A DNA stretch of 63,268 nucleotides, the filler included, from Globobulimina sp. (lineage: Eukaryota): NCBI GenBank assembly GCA_003354225.1. It is 31 parts of 31 records of this genome, joined end to end, with 100 filler letters (N's around TTAATTAATTAA, not from the genome) between each part and the next. Parts side by side here need not be neighbours in the genome. Positions count along the whole stretch, not along the records: positions 1 to 1,946 come from PIVH01010326.1; positions 2,047 to 3,991 come from PIVH01010327.1; positions 4,092 to 6,036 come from PIVH01010328.1; positions 6,137 to 8,081 come from PIVH01010329.1; positions 8,182 to 10,126 come from PIVH01010330.1; positions 10,227 to 12,171 come from PIVH01010331.1; 25 more parts are not named here. One strand, given 5' to 3'. Positions 1 through 11,800 of the stretch are shown piece after piece. The notes below the pieces were generated by a model. The model had not been told where the DNA came from. It did no database searches and saw nothing but the letters and a program-made list of their open reading frames with translations. Both the position numbers and the translations under genes were made by a program. How positions within the stretch are numbered: position 1 is the stretch's first letter; each line of letters starts with the position of its first letter.

Positions 1-209
1 GTAATACGAAAAATACTAAGTAAAAACGTCAAAAAAAAACAAAAAAATATACTGATCATGCATGATAAGAAAAAGACAAAACTCAATCAACAAAACGAAA
101 ATAAACTGATCAAAAACACAAAGCACAAATATAATATCATAAATTAGAATATTCTAAAAACAAAAAAAAAGAAAAAAACTAATATCATACTCAATAATTA
201 CACAATAAT

Positions 210-1556
210 TCACAACACACAACACCAACACTTGGAATCCTCCGAATCATCCAATCGTTTCCCAAACGGATACGCTCCGCTTCCATCCCCCGACTCCGAG
301 CTATCATACTCGTCATTCCTCCGCGGCAACAACTGCTGATTCACCGTGGTCTGCGTCGACTTCATAGTGGCACCATACCCATTCGTCATGGTCTCCGGCA
401 CCGTATACTGTCCATTCGTCACCGGTACCTGGTCAATTCCCGCCGAGTTCATGTACCGTTTCTGCGGCAAAGTCCCCGTAAACTGCGACGACAAATTCGT
501 ATGTTGCAACTTCAAATACGTACAAATAGCGTTGCATTTATGCGCAGAGAGAAACTTCTCAATGCCGCGCTTCCCCATATTGCCTTTGCCGCAGCCCTTG
601 CCGTCATACGTATGCATTTGCGGATCGGTATACAAGTCACCAACGCCCTGCAAGTCGCAGATCAAGATCTTTTTCCGCGAGGCTTCGTAGGTAAAATGGC
701 TGAAGGCGGAGGGCGTGTTGCGGTCAACAGACTGGTTCACCCAGTCCCAGTTATTGGTGTATTTGTGATAATCGCCGTGGATGATTTGCTCCACACCGCA
801 GAAAATGTGCGGGGCGCGGTCCACCAACTCATAGACCCAACAGTTGAGGAAGCCGACCTTTTTGGGCACCTCGTTCTTATTGAACTCGTCGGCGAAGCGC
901 TGCGCGTGTTTTTGCATGGCGACGTCGTGGAAATAGGTCTCGAACTCCTCCATGGGGTCGATACTGATTTTGGCGACGTGCGTGGCGCTGTTTTTGATGG
1001 GTAATCCGTTGAGCAGCTCCACGTCGATGCAGTTCAACTCGTTGATGTCTTGCATGTAATAGACGTAGCGTAAGGTGCCGTTATCTGTGTAATACGAAGG
1101 CAGCACGCCGCGGAATGTTAGATATTGAGTACTGAGTAGGCGGTGAATGGAGATATTAAATTAACTGAAGGGATTTTTGGCCATTTTCACAAGGCGCATA
1201 TCCTGCGTCCAATTCTCCTTTGTTTCCACGTGTTTGCCGTTGGAGATCAGCTTAATATGACAAGAATGTCGAATGGCGCGCTCGGTTTGGATTTTGTTGA
1301 AGTTGACGTTCTTTTTAATGATTTCGGTCTCGCCCAACACGCGTTTCTGTGGTGGGTTTTTACACTCATCGATGATTTGAGAGCGCTGGATTTCAGTTTC
1401 AATGTTGACTTTGGTGCCGGTCATATTATCGATTAATTGCGATTTCCGTTTCTTATATTCCATGGTGTTGATCATTTGCAAGGAATACAATTGTTCGAGA
1501 TTCACTAATTCGCCCCATCCGATTTGGTTATATTCGCGCTTGGATTTGTCGATCAT
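210..1556 (-). CDS. Alpha-kinase (MHCK/eEF2K family), two exons, C-terminal CaaX box
   Basis: Intron 1085-1165 (GTTAAT...CACAG) joins VKMAKNPF to NNGTLRYVYYM. Motifs KYTNNWD, PSAFSHFTY, ICDLQGVGDLYTDPQMH, GKGNMG, HKCNAIC. Ends KCWCCVL. Confidence 0.93.
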
Positions 1557-1659
1557 TTGCGAGGTATATTTGTTGGTCCAAGTGATGGATTGTTTTTATT
1601 TTTAGTTTTTATTTTTAGTTTTATTTTTTTTGCATTGCATCCCATCCAAATCGATATCG

Positions 1660-1726
1660 CTGTCGCCTCAGGATTTGAACCTGAATCTTCTGGATTAATG
1701 CAGTGCTCTGCTTGAGCTAGGCGATA
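1660..1726 (-). pseudogene. tRNA-like element with collapsed D-loop and anticodon arm
   Basis: TATCGCC/GGCGACA acceptor (6 of 7 pairs), TA-GCTC-AAGCA-GAGC D-arm, perfect TCAGG-TTCAAAT-CCTGA T-arm. Anticodon arm is only 14 nt. Confidence 0.7.
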
Positions 1727-1946
1727 GAGTGAGGACTATTTATTAATAGTAAAAGTAGACATTAAAAGTAAAAGTTTTTAGAGACAGTAACAGTTAGTTG
1801 GACATCCTCTAATTTCATGATCAGGTTAAATTTATCCTATTTTCGCGCTACTTGACAAGAAAGATCGATTCAACACCATCCAAATTCCAATTAACATTGC
1901 TTTCAAAATTTAGTTTCCTATTTGCAATACAAATATTTGTTGCCAT

Positions 1947-2046
1947 NNNNNNNNNNNNNNNNNNNNNNNNNNNNNNNNNNNNNNNNNNNNTTAATTAATT
2001 AANNNNNNNNNNNNNNNNNNNNNNNNNNNNNNNNNNNNNNNNNNNN
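1947..2046. other. Artificial contig-joining spacer (first of 30 identical spacers, about every 2044 bp)
   Basis: N44 + TTAATTAATTAA (stops in all six frames) + N44. Flanking contigs are 1946-1943 bp in descending length order. Confidence 0.99.
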
Positions 2047-3591
2047 CTAAAATCAACAGTTGGATGTACTTGCGTTGTTAAGTCTGAATGTGTGTATTTT
2101 GGTTGTAATCCGGCATAACGAGTATCATCTTGGCGCAATTTCTCACTCCTCATCTCTGGCGTCATTGTACGTAAAACTTGCAATTTATTGTTAACGTCTT
2201 CAAAGAATTTGGCAAATGATTTATTTTTATTATTATTGGCATCTTTATTTTTCTCAGTTGTTGTTTTAGTGATGGCAGCACTGCATAATTCATTTAAGTC
2301 ATAAAACAATATTTCTTTAACATCGTATTGCTGTTCTTTTTGCTCAAGCTCTGCCTTTTTTTCTTCCTCTTCTTGTTCTCTTCTTTCTTGTTCCTTTGCC
2401 TCAGCCTCAGCCCGAATTCGTTCTGCTTCCTCATTTGTTTTCATGTCGTCACTAACTTGAGGCCCTTGGTCTTTTACAACCGTCGTGTCACTGTTATTAA
2501 GTTGAGGCCCTTTTTCTGTTTTTGGCTGTGCTTTTCCTGGTTCTTTTTGATCTGTTCCTTGCTGTCCTTTTTCTTTTGATTTACCAAGAATGCTTGCAAG
2601 CATTCCTAACCCTGTCAAACACAAACAAAATGTTTCCAGAAACAATATTTTTGAGTGCTCTGCGTGCTCTGAGTGCTCTGAGTGCTCTCGTATGCAACAA
2701 ACCTTTTTTTTTCTTCTCCTTCTTCTCAAACGCTTTAAGTCCCGTGTCGTCAATGCGTCTGTTCCAAATTGATGATTTTAGCATATATTTCTGTAACCAG
2801 TACCAATCTTTGTCATCACTGTGACATAATATATCTTCGCATTGCTTCTGAATGACATCCCACAAATTTGCCTTTTCTTTTTCATCGCCTAATTTCCATA
2901 ATAAATTCAATAAATCATCACTAAATGCAACTTTTCTCTCAATTAAGTCGAACATAATAATTTCCAACACATGAAAGAATGTGTCACGCTGCTTCTGACT
3001 GATTATTAATATTTTATTCTTTTCTCTGAATAATATGTGGTTAATATTACCAATGATGCCATCTTGAGTTGAAATGCGTTTTACTGCGTTTTTAACTTGT
3101 CCCGATGCACCACCTCCCATCTTCGCAAATTGTAATAATTGCTCAACCGCAGGATAGCCACGTTTTGCTGCAAGATTGTCGGCGGTAAGACCGTCTTTTG
3201 TTTTTTTGTTTGGATCGGCATTTAAGTTTAATAACATTTGCACCATTTCATATCGACCCTTTTTTGCTGTTAAATGTAATAATGTTTGAGCATCATCTTT
3301 CGGATTTTGATAATGAACGTTAATTTGGTTTCGCGCTAATATTTTCTGAAATTCTTCAATTTTGCCACCATTAATTGCTTCTTTCGCAGCATGCCAGGTA
3401 CTATCGGGAACATGTAACTGTTGGCCACTTTGGCGTTGTTGAAAGTTCACCAATTGTTCGTCACAAAATGCTTCCACTGTTTTCTGTGCCGCATATGTGT
3501 CAGATTGACCTTCAATGAATTTCTTCAATTTCTCTTCCAACGACCTGAGAGGCGATAACCATATTGGTGTGTCTGCAGTGTCTGTTGCCAT
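2047..3591 (-). CDS. Ankyrin-repeat protein, 3' partial
   Basis: QTLLHLTAKKGRYEMVQMLLNLNADPN and GLTADNLAAKRGY ankyrin motifs. Intron 2612-2702 (GTTTGT...GACAG) links the two ORFs in frame (KKG|LGM). Confidence 0.8.
2652..2687. repeat. 9-bp tandem repeat, four copies, inside the intron
   Basis: TGAGTGCTC, TGCGTGCTC, TGAGTGCTC, TGAGTGCTC. Confidence 0.9.
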
Positions 3592-4092
3592 CGGTTGTTT
3601 AGGATGTTTAGTAGAATGGTAGTTGGTATTTTTGCTTTAAGTTTTCTTGGTTACTACTTTAATTTAAGTTTTCTTGGCAATATATTCAACCTTCTCGTTT
3701 ATGAAGGAATATTTATACGATATAAATTGTACAAACTAAATATAAAAAGATAAACAAAAAAAATACATTGAAAAAATACAAATGCGAGAAAAAGCGCAAT
3801 TAATCAATTTATTGCAATCAATGGGACAGTGTCGTCATCCACCACCACATCAACATTATTATTATCATTCATGTCTTGATTGATATGGTATATTGGATCA
3901 AATTGCAATATCTCAAACTGCACTTTTATTCCACCACTTTCTTCATTTTTACATTGTAAATCAAAAAAAGCATCCATGACTTTCTTGTGTTNNNNNNNNN
4001 NNNNNNNNNNNNNNNNNNNNNNNNNNNNNNNNNNNTTAATTAATTAANNNNNNNNNNNNNNNNNNNNNNNNNNNNNNNNNNNNNNNNNNNNC

Positions 4093-6036
4093 ATTCAATA
4101 TGAAAGATTACATAAAGACTCAATAACTAAAATTGGTGTCGATTACAGGCAGGTTATAAAAAAGGCGAGTGCTCATGTTAAGAAATTTGGAGTTCAGGGA
4201 AAACAAGAAGCAACATCGCAAATTGCATTCCATTGCGCTGCCTATAATTGTTTGGTTCGATGCATTTTATGCACACAAAAAGAAGAAAGAATTTATAAGG
4301 CTTTATTCACTGAAAAATTGCAAAAAGGAAAGGTATTATGGTCAAATATTATTGATTTAAACATTGATTTATTATTAACCATCGATACAAATTTTGTGTG
4401 GTCTTTACGTAAACTCAAAAGGAAATTTGTTCAAACACAACCCAAAGATAATGTATTTTTTTCAGCAATTTCATCTCAGTCACAATCATTGATCAATAAC
4501 AGTTCATTATCATTATCGCAATCGCAATATTCATTTCAAGTTCAAAATAAAAATGTAAAACAAGAAATGGATGAAAAAGAAGATAAAATGGATATTGATG
4601 ATGATGATGAAGATGAAGATGGAGAAGGAGAAGGAAAAGAAGCAAACAATGACGAGATTGTATTAGAATTAGATGCATTAAATGCAATGTCTGTGATGGA
4701 CTCAATGTTATCCGCATTGGATGGACTACAAAAACATTTTGGCGATCAATGGACAGAAATGCCAATTTGGATGAATGGAATGTTAAATAAATTAAAAGAT
4801 ACAGATACAATGTCAAGCCATCGAAATATTAGATATTTTATTGCTAAATTAATTATAAATAGACCTAAGATATTTGAACCTTTTTGTGGTGAATTTTTTA
4901 AACCATTAATCGATTTATGTTTGTATGATGACATAAATAACTGGGGATTTCATTATTTTTTAACAGATATCATTGTGTTATTTTTAATCAAATGGAAATC
5001 ATTTGTACCAAATACAAGAATCGATGATTCAGCTCAACGATTTATAAATCATTTAATTAATATGGTGGCTGATTTTGGTGACGGCAAACTAAAAGAATCG
5101 AAATTGAAAAGAAATGTGACTTATATCAGTTCATTATTGAGGAAATGGAAAGGAATTGAGACTGTAAATAAGAAATATTTATATCAATTATTATCGGTTG
5201 AGGTTAAAATGAAACAAGATATGGAAAAACTAGTTGTTGGGAATAAGGCATTAATCGAAATAAAAAATAACAACAATACAATTTCAAAAGTAATTCCTGT
5301 TTTAGTTACAAAAAGAACAGAAAAAAAAGGCGATGACAATACAAAAAATGTATTTTATCGGGTTAAGGGACCTGGCAATCAAGAATTTGACCATATATAT
5401 CCAGCAAGATTTATAAACCGAGATACAAGATTGGAACGGAAGGCTGGTTTATGGATTATTGATGCGATAATTGAAGCGGATAAACCAGCATTTGACGAAA
5501 AGTTAGATGGCGAAGATTGCGGAATAGATATTTACACATTTTTTCGTGCATTTTGTTCGAACTTTTCGACCAACTCCAAGCCTGTTTGGAAAGCCGCAGC
5601 AAAGGTTTATGGTGATTTATTGCGAAAAGAAGAAGAAAATATCCGCAAAGATTCCTCATTTCAGGCAAGCTTCAGTGCGCCGGGCTGTGTCGAAGCAATA
5701 AAAAAAATCATATCTTCCACAATAAAAACAGATTTAGTCAAAGCGATTGAAATGATGCATCGGATTGGCAATGAATATCCAGAATTTTTAGATTATAAAT
5801 TAATTCAATCGATTTTGGGCTCATTAGGCCATGTTCCAATGGAATGCTTGACTGATTCCGTAAGTTTATGTGCAAAATATGTATCCGTAAAAAACCCAGA
5901 CCCCGAAGTTGCTATATGGCTACGACCTGGCTTACAGCGGATATTTAATCATAACGATAAAGACGCACATTTAGCAGTTTGTGATGTATTTCTACGCTTA
6001 ATACCTGTCATAGGAAAAGAGATAAAGGAAGAATAT
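4093..6036 (+). CDS. PRKDC: DNA-dependent protein kinase catalytic subunit, internal HEAT-region fragment
   Basis: Frame open across the contig. HCAAYNCLV, LWSNIIDL, MPIWM, NIRYFIAKLIINRPKIFEPF and GFHYFLTDI match DNA-PKcs blocks (HCAAYNC, LPSWM, NIRLFLAKLVIN, GIHY). Confidence 0.88.
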
Positions 6037-6399
6037 NNNNNNNNNNNNNNNNNNNNNNNNNNNNNNNNNNNNNNNNNNNNTTAATTAATTAANNNNNNNN
6101 NNNNNNNNNNNNNNNNNNNNNNNNNNNNNNNNNNNNGCGTGACATGTGCTCCAGAATATAAATATATTAGTAACTAATATATATATATTAGTACTAATAT
6201 GCGTACCTCTTATCGGGAACACTACTGTAGAACAAGAGTTATTGGCTTAAAAACATGAAAATCTATCGTAGACTAAATGTCTGAACTCTACTTAGATAAT
6301 TTTTCGGATACATAAAGGTAAAAGTTAAATTTTTAATTAGATAATTAAAAATGATTGATCTTCTCTATAAACCCTTGAGTATATACTTCGTATATCTCA

Positions 6400-6820
6400 T
6401 CAATGGGATAATCCCAAATGATAGGTTGATGCCAAAGCTTTCTTGTATTTTGCCACATGTAAATAATCAGCGCATTTTAGACCAAGTTGCACAGTATAGT
6501 GTGCCCGTGGTCTTTCAGAAACATTGCCATCAGCAAATAAAATTCCTAACCAATATGATGAATTCCATGTTTTGAAAAAAGCAGAATTACAACTACGACC
6601 ATTAGAGCGTTGTGGTCTATGTGTAGAGAACTTTAATATTGAGTTGATGTGAAAAGATGATCTGAGTTGATGCCAACGTACTTGCATCATCTGACATAAC
6701 CGTTTTGGAAACGGATTTAGTGTTTAGTTGGTTTGGAGACAAAACAACTAGTAGTGTACCGGCAGGAAGTTTATGGTGAACGAATGTGTTTTTGCATGTT
6801 TGAATAATGTTCATCGTCAT
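6400..6820 (-). CDS. LAGLIDADG homing-endonuclease-like protein, truncated after the first motif
   Basis: CNSAFFKTWNSSYWLGILFADGNV...VQLGLKCADYLHVAKYKKALAS. A possible intron at 6617-6677 would join the ATG at 6820. Confidence 0.65.
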
Positions 6821-6921
6821 GCGAATTATGAGGAAAAAACCTACATAATGGGGATATTATTTTTTATCTAAAGAAATAATAACGGAAATATTATGATCAT
6901 ACAAACACAAACAATAATAAA

Positions 6922-7930
6922 TCATTCATAATCATCAGAATTACTGCTCCCATCCTCTTTAACTTCGTCCAATGACAATCTACGCAATATCTTTGTTGCT
7001 GCAGTTACATTCCCTTCTGCGATCATTGATAATCGTTTCGATGCTTTGTTTGTTCTGTGCATGTATAATATTATAAAAATATTGTTTAAAAAATTATAAA
7101 TTATAACGTAACTTATAATCATATGGGGAGAATTTACATATGATATCATTGACTGTAATAACTTTAAGCGGTTTTTTGTTATCATCCACAATGAATATAT
7201 GATTAGATTTTCTTTCTAGAACAATTTTTATTAACGTTTTAAAAATTTCGTTTTTCAAACATGTGACTGGTGCATTTTTTCGGTTATTTTCTTTGTTAAC
7301 CGCACACATAAAATCATAAACTGTTAAATATTCGTCAGTTAATAAAAAATGAATAGCTTCGGGTCCAACGCCGATTATATCTGATTCAGAAATATGTGAT
7401 ATAATTTGTTTGGTATCATTGATAATTGCAATTACATCACATCGATTGACTAAGAATTTTTTAAATGCGTCTTTTGCCAAAATTTTATAATGCACAGTAC
7501 ATATTTCTTCATTTTGTAAATTTCGTTCTCGCACCAAACCAATTAAATTTATTGGTGCTTCAACGATGGCAGACATTCTTTGTATATTTTGGTATAAAAA
7601 TTCAACAATTTCAAACTGTGAAACAAAATAATATTGTTGTTCTGTGATAGCATCGCAACTTTGTTCATCGTCACATTGTTCATCAGAATTATCATTTTGC
7701 GAATTTGTGTCATCAAATTGTTGATATTCTTCATTTTTAATTAATATGTGATGCACTCCTTTGCTAAATGACTCTAAACATGCAATGACAGCATCGTTCA
7801 TTGTGAATTCAAATATTCGTGGATCAACAACATGTTCTTCAGTTTGTAATACATCCAATAATGGAGATTTTTTCCATCCTTCATTTTGTGTCCATGCTAC
7901 CATGGATATAATGTCTAATCTTGATGCCAC
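6922..7930 (-). CDS. CBS-domain protein (AMPK-gamma/SDS23-like), 5' partial
   Basis: GVHHILI, VSQFEIVEFL, IISHISESDI, HIFIVDDNKKPLKVITVNDII. Intron 7055-7112 adds the last exon, ending at 6922. Confidence 0.75.
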
Positions 7931-8182
7931 ATATTCATATTTTAATGTAAGGAATATGAGTTTTTCACGACTGTATTGAAAACTTAATAACTGTTCACTT
8001 TACTATTATGGAAGAGACAATAAATCACACATCACTTTTCAACCCTGACCTGGCATTCTATTGGGTGCAGTTGGCCAACTTNNNNNNNNNNNNNNNNNNN
8101 NNNNNNNNNNNNNNNNNNNNNNNNNTTAATTAATTAANNNNNNNNNNNNNNNNNNNNNNNNNNNNNNNNNNNNNNNNNNNNA

Positions 8183-9475
8183 TGTCTTGTAATTGCCACA
8201 AACGAGCTATATATTATTGGCGGAGTTAGCCATCCGCATAACTCTAACGTACAGACCTATAGCTTTTCAACTGGCACATTTTCCTACAAAAAGCCAACAA
8301 ACAATCGCAGAAAAGGTCATGGCTGCAGCAGTAATTATAACTCACGCAATAGCAGCAATGCTGATTTCATTTACATATTTAGCGGCAAATCGAGTCATAC
8401 TGATTGGTATTACTATAATTCCATTGAAAAATATGACATTGCAAACAATGCGTGGGAGACATCGCTGATCAAAATGATTAAAGCCAGATGGCTGCATACC
8501 TGCTCATTCATCCATGATAAGATTTATTGTGTTGGGGGTTGGACGGATAACGTTGCTGAACCATATTTAAACTCTGTAGAAATATTTGATATTAAATACA
8601 ACAGATTGCAGGTACCAAAGGAAATATTTCTCACTATTGCAAGGTACCGACATTCCGCAATTGTGTATAAAAACTATTTATTAGTATTGGGTGGCTATAC
8701 AAATGCACATCAAATGACGAGTTCTATTGAAGCACTGTTGATTGAGCAGTCGCCAACAATGAGTCAGACAGAATCGCCAACATTTAATATCGTTAAACAT
8801 GTGTCGGTAAAGTATATATGGTGGATTTTTGGCACACTGTTTTTAATTTTTGTAGGATTACTCATAATGTATTTTGGATATAAGAAAAATAAGAAATTAA
8901 ATTGTGCGTTATTAGACATGGAAAACGTTAGAAAATATAATGGAATTTATCATGAAACACAGGAATGGGAGTTTTGTTTAATACATGCGTTGAATGCATT
9001 GTTTCAACAGAAACGGTTTACAACAAGTGATATGAATGGAATTTGTAAGATGTTAGCCCCAAATAAATGGATAAATCCACATAAATCGATATTGCAAACA
9101 GGAAATTATGATGCAAATGCATTGATGATGGCGTTAGAAAAAGAAGGTGTTGCTGTTCAATGGTTTGATTCAAGAAAAGCTGAACAAGAAATTAATTTAT
9201 TTAATGATAATTTTCTATGTCCAAAAGAATATAACGCATTTATAGGATTTATACTCAATAATTCATATAAAAAATTATATCTATTTAACCGTAGACATTG
9301 GTTAACAATCAAAATAATTAATAATATTTGGTATAATTTGGACTCAAAATTAGCAAAGCCATTCAAATATGAAACAGAGTCTCAAATACAAGAATTGCAA
9401 GATTGGTTAATTAATGTTTGCAAAAATAATGGTGCTCAACTGATGATTTGTAGGCTAAAAAAACAAAAGAAATAG
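8183..9475 (+). CDS. Kelch repeats + transmembrane helix + Josephin deubiquitinase domain, 5' partial
   Basis: Kelch: LYIIGG, IYCVGGW, LLVLGGY. TM: YIWWIFGTLFLIFVGLLIMYFGY. Josephin: IYHETQEWEFCLIHALNALFQ, GNYDANALM, RRHWLTIK, WYNLDSKL. Confidence 0.85.
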   Translation, partial: CLVIATNELYIIGGVSHPHNSNVQTYSFSTGTFSYKKPTNNRRKGHGCSSNYNSRNSSNADFIYIFSGKSSHTDWYYYNSIEKYDIANNAWETSLIKMIKARWLHTCSFIHDKIYCVGGWTDNVAEPYLNSVEIFDIKYNRLQVPKEIFLTIARYRHSAIVYKNYLLVLGGYTNAHQMTSSIEALLIEQSPTMSQTESPTFNIVKHVSVKYIWWIFGTLFLIFVGLLIMYFGYKKNKKLNCALLDMENVRKYNGIYHETQEWEFCLIHALNALFQQKRFTTSDMNGICKMLAPNKWINPHKSILQTGNYDANALMMALEKEGVAVQWFDSRKAEQEINLFNDNFLCPKEYNAFIGFILNNSYKKLYLFNRRHWLTIKIINNIWYNLDSKLAKPFKYETESQIQELQDWLINVCKNNGAQLMICRLKKQKK

Positions 9476-9714
9476 CTTCTTATTTTAGATGTATTAGACT
9501 CTGTAGTTCTGACAACAATGCATGATTCGTGCATTTACTGCATTATAATAAACAAAATTAAACAAATGTTTTTTTATTAAATATTAAAGCTAGCATCAAT
9601 GAAATGAAATGAAATGAATAACAAACCCTAATTTTGGGTGAGATAAAAGAAAACAAAAGCAAGCAATTACAAACCAATAAATTAATACAAAAAACACATG
9701 TCAATATGAATTGT

Positions 9715-10125
9715 TTATCGTTTATATCGTTTTGTAGCAACCATTGCGGATCTTGCATTGTTTGGTGGTGCCGCAGATATATACCACCATCTGTATATTC
9801 TGTATGCGCTGTATATGACAATGCTGACACCGCACGTTATAGTTACTGTTCTCTTTAAAATAGTTTTCCAATTTATATTGCTATTCATGTTATTATGGTT
9901 ATTATCATTGTTATTGAAATTATTCTCTATTATCAATCTTCGAAAATGTGGATTAGTGGCAATGAAGAAAATATCATCAAATAATTGTGGAAAATCGCAT
10001 GAATCATTATATGTTAACCAAGTTTGTGCAAACTGGTACAACCCCAACTGATTTAATTCAATATTTAAATCAGGATTATATGACACATTTCCTTTCTTTT
10101 CTAAATTATATTGTTTAACATTCTT
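9715..10125 (-). CDS. Hypothetical protein, C-terminal fragment with hydrophobic tail
   Basis: Frame open to the contig end. Asn-rich tract followed by a hydrophobic segment. Confidence 0.4.
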   Translation of the reverse strand, partial: KNVKQYNLEKKGNVSYNPDLNIELNQLGLYQFAQTWLTYNDSCDFPQLFDDIFFIATNPHFRRLIIENNFNNNDNNHNNMNSNINWKTILKRTVTITCGVSIVIYSAYRIYRWWYISAAPPNNARSAMVATKRYKR

Positions 10126-10322
10126 TNNNNNNNNNNNNNNNNNNNNNNNNNNNNNNNNNNNNNNNNNNNNTTAATTAATTAANNNNNNNNNNNNNNNNNN
10201 NNNNNNNNNNNNNNNNNNNNNNNNNNAAATGGACAACATACACGAACTGAAAATGGCGCCACAAGTGGCCACAACCCACAAAAAAATAAAAAATGGCACC
10301 ACTGTTCTGTCAAAAAAAAAAG

Positions 10323-11562
10323 TTAAGAAACGGTTTGTTTATCTATATCTGTGATATATTTTGCTAAAATACGGTCAAGATGTGCTTTATACGTATGATA
10401 CAAATGTCCTTTTTGTATTTTTTTCAAAATATCCATCTCCCTAAATTTGACATTTGTAGCCAAATACGTTTTTGCTCCATGAACTAAATGTAAATGAAAC
10501 AACATTAATCCATCGTCTTTCCTTTGTAAAACACGCAATTCATTGCCTACAAAAACAATATATTTCCCAATCGGTCCAAAGGAAGCAACTTTGGCGAAAT
10601 TCTTCATCACAGATTTTCCATATTGATTTATTGCAAATCTCCCCAAACTTAAATTTTTCACACCTTTCAATGCTTGTTTTGGTTCACGTTTATTGCCACC
10701 AAACATCGGCGGAATGACATCAATCGAATTAATTACATTTGTTATTTTATCGCCAAATATATTATCCACATAAATCATCGAATTGTGCGAGATCACTGAT
10801 ATCGAACCTAATGTATACACATTACTTATATTCAAATCAATTTCTGTCTCTCTGGCTAATTCTGCTTGTCTTTGGGTGAAATAATTGACAAATTCACAGT
10901 CGACAGCACCGTGCAACAACAGAAACATTAATTGTGCGATACCGCCACCCTTAAACCAGTCAAATGTATACAGTTATTGTTGTTTTTAGTTGGTTGCAAC
11001 ACAGAATCTGTACAAACTAAACTTGTGAATGTCCTCCAAAAATGACTTTGTCAATTTCTTGGTTTTTGGTATCTGAAAAATGGATATGAATGTCTGCAAA
11101 CAATGGAGCATAAAATAAAGGACTATTGATCAGCGCATAGATGCCGGCATGGACTTTAATTGAATGCGTATGTGGTTTGTGTAGATGTATTTCTTTATGA
11201 CGTACATTTAGTAAATTGAGCCAATCCCAATCACTGTGCGTGCCATAAAGCCATATTAATAGTGTCTTATCACAAGCATAATATGAGCTTATCCATTGTG
11301 GGCGTTTTCTACTCAAATGTGCTTTTTCTGAGTTTGATATGCGTTTTATATGAGTTATACTGCCGGTTTTTGATGGGATTGCCTGTTGTCGACCAAACAT
11401 CCACAGCATCAGCTTCAATTCGCCTTTGTTTGCTACACATTTGGGATTGTTTGCCAGTAAAAATTTATCAGTGGGACTTGATTTTGCTTCTTTATCCTGG
11501 TTCTGTTTTAAATTTATGCTAGATTTGCTGAAACGACGTTTGAATGACGTCAACAAGGGCAT
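10323..11562 (-). CDS. Class 3 lipase, two exons
   Basis: Intron 10950-11022 (GTTTAG...TTTAAG) rebuilds the nucleophile motif GHSQ|GGGIAQ. Also IWLYGT..DW, KVHAGIY, VYTLGS, NVINSIDVIP. Confidence 0.85.
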
Positions 11563-11800
11563 GCTACGCGCAACGCGGTTTTTTTTAGTAGCGTACCAAC
11601 AATCTAAATCTTAAAAACCACAATCTAAATGCGAGAACTTCGTGTTTTTAGTGGTTGAAAACGTTTCTTTGTATACTTTTACAGATTTTATCTGTTGTAA
11701 TAATTATTAGGGTATAATTAAGGGAGAAAGGAGACGGAGATTGATAATTATCATAATTTCACAATACAGCTACAATACCACCACACACAATTCGCATTAT

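Noticed and set aside
346-1004. Overlapping plus-strand ORFs here and similar antisense ORFs (e.g. 49181-49651, 16869-17249)
   Set aside because: They are shadows of real genes on the opposite strand or of low-complexity codons, with no independent motifs.
1660-1726. Ochre suppressor tRNA (UUA in loop)
   Set aside because: The anticodon arm is 14 nt with a mismatch and the D-loop lacks GG, so it cannot form a normal 7-nt loop on a 5-bp stem.
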